Below, in pieces: positions 32,896 to 41,766 of a stretch of 41,766 nt of DNA. Under the pieces are notes generated by a model that was given only the letters and a program-made list of their open reading frames with translations, ran no database searches and was not told where the DNA came from. The DNA is from Thraustochytrium aureum. Its lineage: Eukaryota. Position 1 is the first letter of the stretch. Each line of letters starts with the position of its first letter. The stretch spans positions 88,636 through 130,401 of the forward strand of contig BLSG01000312.1 in assembly GCA_012862495.1 (NCBI GenBank). The letters run 5' to 3'. A program made the translations under genes and the position numbers.

Positions 32896-34318
32896 AAGCC
32901 AAATTCCGTGAAGCGCAGCAGCAACGGAGCGGCGCCCCACTGCAGGCACTGGGTGTCGCAGCAGTCGCACAACCATCGGTTCTGCCAGCGCAGATCGGCG
33001 CGCCGGTGGTCTCCAACCCGTTCACCAACCCCACCGTCTGTGTCGTCCCAGTTTGTCGCCCAAAGCAGCGACGCGGGCTCGGACTCCAGCCTGGCTAGGA
33101 AGAGCGACAAAAATGCGCAAGCTTGCGCGAGGTACAGGGAGAAGCGCAAGCGCGAGACGGTCGACCTTGCGGGGCGCAACGAGCAACTCGAGCAAGAGAA
33201 GGCGCTTTTCCTCGAACGTATCTCCGTCCTGCAGGCAGAGGTTCAGGCGCTTCGCGGGGGCGGCGACGTCGACCTGACACGCGAGAACGAGCTGCTCAGA
33301 ATCGAGGTAATACAGCACAAAGCAATTGTCGGGGAGATTCTGCAAACCTGCAAACGCCTCAAGACCATCGAAGAATCGGAGAGGGAGCGCGTTGTGAACA
33401 GCGTGATCGATTCCGCCGTCAGCCAAGCCCTCGGCCTCGCGTACACGGCCACTGATACCGTGGCCTGGCAGGAGGGGAAGGATGTCAGGTTCAAGTTGTC
33501 CAAGGAAGCAGACGACTGCTTGCGCTTCCGCTACCAATACTTACCCCTCCGCCAGCCGCGGACCGAGACCCGCCGCCTCAACCTTCGCTTTGCCCCCGAA
33601 ACAGCCAAGTACTCGCTCGAAACACTCCTCCAGGGGACAGTGCGGTCCTGGTCCGAACCTGATCTCATCCGCTCGGTCCTGAAAGATCTCGCAACGGCAA
33701 CAGGCTACGACGTTGATGCGGAGCGACTTTACTCCACTCCAAGCTCGGGGGCAGAAATGTGCACTGGAAACGTCGTGCGCCTCTCCACGCGCGAAGGCGG
33801 TGCGGGCGCTGCGTTGCCCAAGCCGGGCGCGTCGCAAGCCGCCCAGCGCCCGGTCGATCGCGCAAGCGCCTCCGTCACCGCTAAACAACGCGGCGACACG
33901 GCCAGGAGTCACGAGCTGATTTATGTTACCGGGTCCAAGCGCGTCTGCATCTTCCCTTCTGCGCTGCTCGGCCAGGGCGCGCTCACGTCGCCAGGAGGCG
34001 GCGATAGCCCCGTCGACGCGCTCGTCGTTGTGTGCGCTGTCTCTTCGCAAGTCAAGGACCTGCTCGCAAGTCCCAAGCCCGATTCCCCAGACCCGGGATT
34101 CCTCAAGCAGCACTCTGTCGCAGTGGCGCCGGTTCTCATGGCCGCCATTGCGTGGCCGCACGAGTCCAGGTCGGACGAGCTTCGCGTCGTCGTGGTCCAC
34201 AGCTACCCGGCGCAGGACGCCACACTCCGCAAGGTCATGGGCCGAAACTGCCCGTCGGTGGACGCCAGTGGCGCGCTCGATCCGCTTTTCATTCATGAGA
34301 TGGAGGAGCGCTTTGCGC
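32896..34318 (+). CDS. bZIP transcription factor with a long C-terminal domain. Both ends in gaps; probable frameshift at ~33030
   Basis: RKSDKNAQACARYREKRKRETVDLAGRNEQLEQEKALFLERISVLQAEVQALR: an N-x7-R basic region followed by Leu heptads, then about 350 aa of open frame. Confidence 0.85.
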
Positions 34319-34960
34319 NNNNNNNNNNNNNNNNNNNNNNNNNNNNNNNNNNNNNNNNNNNNNNNNNNNNNNNNNNNNNNNNNNNNNNNNNNNNNNNNNN
34401 NNNNNNNNNNNNNNNNNNNNNNNNNNNNNNNNNNNNNNNNNNNNNNNNNNNNNNNNNNNNNNNNNNNNNNNNNNNNNNNNNNNNNNNNNNNNNNNNNNNN
34501 NNNNNNNNNNNNNNNNNNNNNNNNNNNNNNNNNNNNNNNNNNNNNNNNNNNNNNNNNNNNNNNNNNNNNNNNNNNNNNNNNNNNNNNNNNNNNNNNNNNN
34601 NNNNNNNNNNNNNNNNNNNNNNNNNNNNNNNNNNNNNNNNNNNNNNNNNNNNNNNNNNNNNNNNNNNNNNNNNNNNNNNNNNNNNNNNNCGGGTCTTTTC
34701 GTTGAGGGTCCTCCCAAAACCGAAGAGAGGGCTTTTTCGCGCTTGCGAATTTGGTCACCGGTGGCAGTGCCAGTGGCCAGACATGCATTCCCGGGCCGCC
34801 TTGCAATGCGACACCAGCTGGAACGGAACATACTACTGAGTACAACAACCTACAACAAGGCATCTGCATTTGTTTGTTTTTCTGTTCTTTTGCAAGTTGG
34901 GCACAAGCCACCACCCTACAGTGAGTAAGGATCCTACAAAGCTCGGAGCACGGCAGGTCT

Positions 34961-37900
34961 TCAGCTGCTCGCCTTGGGGCCACTCGATCCATCAGCTGTC
35001 ACAGAGCCAGTTGTGACAATCTTAAGCAACCGTTTCTGCTGCTCGACCAGAATCCGCACGAGGTCCGACTCGAGCTCCTTCAGCTTTGCCTCCTTGGCCT
35101 GCGCCTCGTCCTCGATGCTGGCGATTCTCGCCGCCACGCCCTCCAGCTGCTCCTTGCGGTGCGCGGCACGGTCGAGGAGGTGCTCAAACTCTTGGTCGAG
35201 GCGCCGCTTGCGCTTGGCATGCGTCACATTGATTTTCCCATCTTGAATAGCAGAGACCTTAGAAAGCTCTTGCATCTGCGACTCGAGCTCGCGGATCTGG
35301 CCCTGCAAGGACGCCACGTCCTTGTCCAGGTCGCTGTGCTGCCGCTCTGCGTCGCGTTTGCTGGCGTGCAACTTGGCGATCTCGTCGTGGATGAGTGCAG
35401 ACTCAACCTTGGCCTGCATCAACTCACTCCGCTTGTAGTTGGTGAGAACCTCGCGCACCTCGCGCTGCGTCCGCTCGTGCGCCTCGACATGGCCCTCCGA
35501 ACGCCGCAGCTGCTGCTCGACACGGTCGAGCCGCCGCTCGAGTTCCTCGCTTGCCGAGGCGAGCTTGGAGCCCATTTCCTCTGTGAGGCCGCGCCGGAAC
35601 TTGCAAAAGGCGCTGATCGCCTTTGCCCGTTCTAGCTTGAACTTTAGCGCCATCGCGCCACCAGCGCGCCGAAGACGCTCCGCTTGGCGTTGCAAGTCAA
35701 AATTCATATCCTCGGCCTCCTCGAGCAGTTCCTTGGTCTGCTCAGCAGCGCGCTCCATTTCGTCGCGCTCCTTCCTGACGGTGCTCATTGCGTCTTCTGC
35801 CGTGGCCAATAGGTCTTCGCGCTCGCGCTCGAGGCGGCTCACCTCGCGACGGAGCCGCTCCTCTCCTTCGCGCCTCGCTTTGGCGACGGCCTGCTCGAGC
35901 TGCAGCTGAGCATCTGCCAATTTTTTCCCGGTCGCCTCGTCGCACTCCTGCAGAATCTGTTGCTCCGCTTCCTCGCGCTCAGCGTTGAGCTGCGACAAAA
36001 CTTGCTCAAACCTTGCCCGCTCTTCGTCGCGGGCGCGCTTGACCTCGGCAGCGGTCTGCGTCGCCGCCTCGCGCGCGCATGCGGCGAGTGCGCGCTCGAG
36101 CTCCAGTTCTGCACGGCGTGCCGCTCGCTCGAGTTCTTCCTTGCCTTGGTTCTTGGCGACTTGGAGGAGGCGCTGCTTCTCTCCCTCGGCCCGAATGAGA
36201 GCAGCCTCCTCACTGGCTCGCACCTCGCCTAAGCGAGCCTGGAGCTTGGCCTGGTAGGCGCACTCTGCGCGTTCGAGCTCGTCGCGCATCCGCTTGGCAG
36301 CCTCTTCTTTGGCAGCGCTCACTGCCGAGGACTGCGCCCGCACTGCTGCCTTGTCCCGTGCAGCCAGCTCGGCGTCGTAGCGCTCGCGCTCCTCGCGCTG
36401 GACCTTTGCTCGCTCTGCAGCCGCTTCGCTAGCCATGCGCTCCTGGGCCTTCACGGCCTCGTTCGAGCACTCCTCGACCACGCGCTGCCATTTATCTGTG
36501 GAGGTCTTGAGGGCCCGGGCGCGCTCCTCTCGCTCCTCGGCCCGAGCGCGCTCGACTTGGGCCTCCGACGCCTCGCGGAGCTCGCGGATCCGAACGTCTA
36601 GCTTGTGAGCAAACTCCTCGTGCAGCTTCTCGACCACTTGGCGGTGCCGCTCGTCACGCTCTGCCGCCACTTGCGCAATATGAGCCTGGGCCTGCTCCTC
36701 TGCTCTTGCAAGCTCGTCCCGCAACGACTTTTCGAGAGCCTCGACGCGTGACTTGACCTCGAGCGCGTGCGCCGCCTGGAGCTCGGCGGTACGGGTCTCC
36801 AGCGCAAGCTGGGATTTGTCAAGCATCCTGCGCTCCATCTCCGCGAGTGCGGCCTGGGACGTCGAGCGAAGCTCGGACAACTCGCTGTCCTTTTCTCGTT
36901 CCAGCTGGGCCAGCGCAGCTGCCGTGTCGCGCTCGCTGGTTTCCATGTAGGCTCGAAGTGCCTGGTCTTTGTCGTTGCGCATTTCATGCTTGAGGCGCTC
37001 GAGTTCTCGGTCGCGCTCCTCGGAAAGCGTGCGAATCTCTGATTCAAAGGCGGCGCGCACTGTGTCTAGTTCGGCGCCCAGGCGCGCCTCGAACTCGCTC
37101 GACGCAGTGTCTAGAGCTGCAAGCTTTTCGTGCTCGGCTCGCTTGAGAATCGTCTGCTTTTCAGCGCCAAGTGCCGCTTGCAGCTTTCTGGCCTTGCGCT
37201 CGCCCTCCTGCACGGCGTCCTGCACGGCCGCCTCCAGCAGAGTGCGCTGCTCGCGGACCGCGAGCTCGAGGTTGGTCTCAAACGCGGCCTTCGCCTTCGC
37301 AAGGGCCTCGTCTCTTTCCGTTGCGGCGGCGGCCTGGAGCTGCTCCACCACGTTCGCGTGTGAGGCACGCTCGGCGGTGAGCCGCTCTTCGAGGGCGAGA
37401 GCGGCATCCTGCGCTGCGCGAGCTTCTGCTGCAGACAGCTTGGCCCGCATCTCGTTCTCAAGGCTCGAGACTTGATCTGCCGCTTCGGCACGCGCCCCCA
37501 GTAAAGCGCCCTGCATTTGCGCGTGGCCGGCGAGCTTGAGCAAGGCCCGAGCAGCGCGCGTCTTTTGGGCCCGGCAGAGCATCGAAAGGAGGAGCCGAGC
37601 CGCGGTGTCTTGCTGCGAATCTACCCGAGCGCCGGCAGCATCGTCCCTGAGCTCAAGCATTGACCGGTTCGTCTCGCTGACTTGCTTGTGCGCCTCAGCG
37701 AGCTTGGATTGGAGCACAGAGACCTCGGAAGCGTGCTGCCGCTCAAGCTCCTCGACAGAGCGCTCCAGCGAAGCGATCGTTCGGCGGTAGCCCTCTGTGG
37801 CCTTGCTGGTTTCGCAGTCTAGCGAGGCAGCCAGGCGCCGTGCCGCCTCAAGCTCTTGTTTGAGCTCATCAATCCGCTCGCTCGAAGCGTGCAGCGCTTC

Positions 37901-40900
37901 CTGGTCGACACGGAGCTGATCTTTGGCTTTGGCGTACGAACCCTTGAGTTCTTCGACCTGCTTGAGCAAGTTGGAGACCTGTCCTTGCGCCTCGAGGTTA
38001 GACTGCCGGAGGTCGCGTGCGGCGGCCTCCAGTTGGCTCTCGCGCTCGCGAAACTCAGACTCCTTGCTCCCAAGGTCTGTCTTCCAGTCCTCCGTGCACT
38101 TTTTCAGCTGGGCTCTGGTGCTCGTCAGGGCCTGCTCCAGTTCCTGCTTCACGCCGGTTTCCACCGCGAGTTGCTTTTCGAGGTATTCAAGCTGGTTTTG
38201 GAGGCGTTTGACCTCTGCGCTGCTCGAGGCTGTCGAATCAGGCCCGCTGGCCAAGCCCTGGGCGACCCCGGCCCCGGGCTCTGCGGCGTCCTCGCTCTCG
38301 CTGTGCATGGACGCCGAGAGCGTTGCTTGGAGCTCGGCGACGTTGCGTTCCAGCTCGGATTTGTCTTGCTCGAGCCGCTCCGCCTGCTGCTTGGCGCGCC
38401 GATGGTCTTGCTCACTCAGGGACAATCGGCGCTTGGCCACGTCCATTTCTGAATGCATCTTGGCGAGCGTGGCCTGCAGCGCCCCAACCTTGTCTTCCAA
38501 GAGCGAGATCTGCGAACGAGGGACCTGGAGCTCCTTCTCAAACGCAGCTTCGCGCTCGCGGAGCTCGCTCTTGTGCGAGGTCTCGGCCTTGGAAAGCTCG
38601 GCCTGGTGCTGCTGCACAAGGAGCAGGGCCTTTTCTTGCTGCTGCGCGAGCGCTTCCCTGAGCGAAGCAACGACTTGCGCCTCCGCGTTGGCTTGCTGTT
38701 GTACAAAGGCGAGCTCATTCTTCAAGCGTGCGACTTTGGCTTCCGCGGTGGCGCGCACAGCGCTGATAGCAGCGTCCTCAGAGTCACCGATGCTCGTGAT
38801 GCTTTTCAGCGACTGGGTTGCGGCAGCCAGCTCCTCCTGAAGCTTGCTCTTTTCTGCGCCGAGTTGGGAGATTTGCACCTTCAGTGCTGCCTCCTTGCTG
38901 CGCGCGACCTCTAGGTTGCTCGACATGTCGCGGATCACGACTTCCTTTGCGTCACTTTCGGAGGTGATCCGGTCAAGATCACGTTTGTAGGTAGAAACTT
39001 GCTCATGGAGCTTGGCCTGGGCATTCCGCGAGACGTCCTTGACTGCTTGACTGGACTCGCTCCTGAGGCGGCGCAGCTCGCCTGCCATCTCCACCACGCG
39101 CTCGTTGAGCTCGTTTATGGTGGACTGCATTTCCGCGCGCGTCTTCAGGGCGCTCTGCAGTTTGGCGGCAACACTCGATTCGGAAGCGGTGGCGCTGGTT
39201 GAGGCAAGGGCGGCGTGCTTGACCTGCTCGGCCTCCAGGGTGAGCCTCGCAATCTCTTCCTCTTTGTCCTTCATGGCTTGCAGAAAGCCACGCTGGGAGG
39301 AAACCAACGCATCCTGAGACTGGCGCACCGTGCCGGCCAGGGTTTCATGTTCGCTTGTTTTCTGTTCGAGGCGTTGGCCGAGGTCACGCACTGTCTCGCG
39401 TAGCTCGAGGATTTGTGCTTGCTGCTCGCGGTGTTCAGCAGCGAGTTTCTCTAGCCTCTCCAACTGCTCGGCGTGCTCGCGCTCGAGCTTGTACTTGTCC
39501 TGTTCGAGGCGCAGGGTGTCAGCGTGCCGCATCAGGAACTCTGCCTCAGCGTAGCTCGGCACGCTCGCGTGCGGACTCGGCTTTGCGCCGCGCGTCCTTT
39601 CCATGGTGCGGCTCTTGCCTTCGGAATCGCGCCGGTGCTTGGGAGAGCCCTGTCCATGTTGGTGCTTTGCAGCATCGGCAACCTTGGCAGCTGCCTCCCG
39701 TTTGCTGTCCTTGGCATGCGGCTTTGTTTTGCCGCCAGACCGGGCAGCTGCCGGGCTCACGGTTGCCTCTGCTGCATCGGCCGCTGATGGGGCTGCGCTT
39801 GTTGACGCCGAGGGCGCTTCTGCGAGAGTGTTTTCGTTGCTCCCGAGAGCGAGTACCGCTTGTGCGGCGGATGTTTGGGCTGTCCTGCCTGGCGCCGAAG
39901 ACAGTTGCTCGCGCTGTGCTGCGAGCTCTTCGGAAGCCTGGTTTCCGTCAGTTCCCGGTCGGCCAAGCGGACCACTCGGAAGCGCAAAGCCGTTGTTGCG
40001 GAGCTGCTCCAACTTGCTATAGACAGCAAAGCAGTCGCTGCACACGGCGGCGTCTTGGTAAAACTCGTCGGCGTGCTTGAGGCCGAGGTCAAACTGCAGC
40101 TTGGCATCTAGGTCCTTCCAGGCTTGCGCAAAGTCGCAGTCCTCGCGCAGGGCAGCATCCGTATGCCTTGCTGCTCCGGTCACAAAGTGCATCTGGCTTC
40201 GTGCAAGAAGGCAGCTCCATAGCCAATGCGATGTAGATGCTCTGGAGACTGGGCGGCAGCGCTTCGCGAACCGGGCGTCCCGCCCCCGCCGGTGGCGCGC
40301 GACGCGCTAGCGTTCATTCGCTGCCGCTTCCGCACGAGCTGCGAAGAACTTGAGGCGCGCACCCTGTCGAGCTCTGCTGCCGAGGCCGCCGCGCTTGACG
40401 CCGTTGCGCCTCCTAATGCGGCACCTTTGGAAGCGGCCCGCTCCAGGTCCAAGACATTGAGCGTGTTGGGGCTCGGGTCGACCTGCAGCCCACAAAAGTC
40501 ACCGGTGCAGCGCGAGGCCACGCGCCCAGCGGCGGCAAGCGCGGCAGCTTTTGACGCTGGACGCCCCGGCCTTTGCTTGGTCAAGTTCGGGAGTTCTGGC
40601 GCAGACGCCGTCCCGCTCGCGCCTCGTCGATTCCCGCCTCTCCTGGACTTTAGCGCGCCGCCTTGGGCCCCAGGTGGGCCTGTCGAGTTTGGCAAGGCTG
40701 GGTCATCTTGTCTGGCATCCCCGCTCGGCGTGCCCAAGGTTGCGCTGCGCGCTTCTCCTTTGGCGACCGAGGTCAAGATACTACCAACATGGGCAACCCG
40801 CAGTGACCTCTTTCACGTCTGCGGAATAGTGGACCTCGAGCGAAAAGATTTGGGCCCCGCTCGCGCGCTCGACGGTGTCCACCAGGTCCCTTGTGAGGCT

Positions 40901-41461
40901 GTCGAGCTTTGCCTCGAGGTCGAGCATGCTCGCTGGCGAGCCGCTGACGACTGTGGTCTCGCTTCCTGATTCTCGGGAATAGGTTGTCCTGCACCTGAGC
41001 TGGTCGGCCGCCTCGACCGCGCCGCCAACAGCAGCTTGCAGAAACTCCACCGAGCTGAGGCCTCCGTCGCGCTTGGCGCCCGCTAGAAGGGCGAGGAAGG
41101 TCGTTTTATCGAGCTTGTGTGATGTCCCGTTCGTCATGTGCACAGTGCAAACGGGCGCGCCCTCGCCAGCTTGCGGCACAAGAGAGAGGAAGCTGTCTCG
41201 GAGCTTTGACCACGACAGGGTACTGGCGCTCTTTGCGCCGAGCCGCCCGTCCTGTCCGCTGAATAGCCAGTGGCCCGGCCTCCGCTTCGTCTTCGCTGAG
41301 CCGTTGCCGCCACTCGGCGTCCCTTTGTGCTCTTCTTCCTCAAACAGGAGAACATCGGCGACCGGGACAAAGCATGAGCTCCGCTTGCGCACGCGCTTTT
41401 CCCCGCGCACCTTGCTCTCTGGCACAAGCTGCGCGAGCAGCCACCCGGCGGACCTCTCCAT
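34961..41461 (-). CDS. Giant (~2150 aa) coiled-coil protein with an N-terminal globular domain and Cys motifs; frameshifts at ~40805 and ~40200
   Basis: The 1743-aa ORF 34961-40192 is mostly E/A/R/L/Q heptad sequence. It is joined upstream by ORFs 40180-40776 and 40781-41461 (MERSAGWLLAQL...), whose ends abut in shifted frames (…LRVAHVGSILTSV…, …LARSQMHF…). Confidence 0.8.
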
Positions 41462-41766
41462 CGCTCTCGATTCGCCGTGGCGCAAGGCAGCCTGCAGTGC
41501 AGCGCCGGCCGCTGCTGCGCCAACCTGCAGACTGCCGCAGCCGGCACAGCCAACACCACTCCTGCGTGCGTGGAGCACGGGCTGGTCGGTCGTCTGCGGC
41601 ACACGGGACACCCTGCGTTGCCTCGGCCAGCGCGTGGGCCTGCCGTGCGTTGGCCTACCGCTCCTGCGTGGGCCCACCGTGCGTGCGCGCCCTGCGCCGC
41701 AGCCGTCTCGTCGCCTCCCGAGCGGGTCTGCTCCTCTCCTGCGCGAATGTGTCCGTTGGAGTCCAC

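Noticed and set aside
2578..34689. ORF-track entries extended through N-runs (X-filled long ORFs)
   Set aside because: Their lengths and start codons are artefacts of gaps; only the sequenced portions were interpreted.
1..41766. Many frameshifts suggesting mass pseudogenisation or programmed frameshifting
   Set aside because: They affect most genes, including conserved ones such as CEP104, and motifs remain intact on both sides. Several sit in homopolymers (A-run ~12050, C-run ~4995, G-run ~19660). This is typical of draft sequencing error.

Overview
Gene-dense, GC-rich (about 60-65% by eye), nearly intron-free eukaryotic draft scaffold with many N-gaps and frequent single-base frameshifts, often in homopolymer runs. 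I read these as sequencing errors rather than pseudogenes. The gene content includes flagellar genes (CEP104, DNAL4) and a formin with CCDC53-like repeats. Together with the intron poverty, this suggests a flagellated stramenopile such as a thraustochytrid/labyrinthulomycete (inference). About 12 genes are present, mostly as head-to-head pairs: (-) IQ/EF-like/3xSKICH-like/IQ/calpain-like protein, partly missed by the ORF track; (+) TIP30/HTATIP2-like NAD(P)-binding protein; (-) stand-alone asparagine-synthetase-domain protein with a C-terminal Zn ribbon; (+) histidine phosphatase; (+) PH-ankyrin-WW-3xCCDC53-like-FH2 formin; (-) CEP104; (+) small ankyrin protein with a LIR/AIM-like motif; (-) copine; (+) RanGAP; (-) DNAL4 with an 87-nt intron; (+) paladin-like triple PTP-like phosphatase; (+) bZIP factor; (-) giant coiled-coil protein. 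I saw no mobile element, RNA gene or CRISPR array. The most interesting items are unusual domain architectures, not a clearly defined new multi-gene system.
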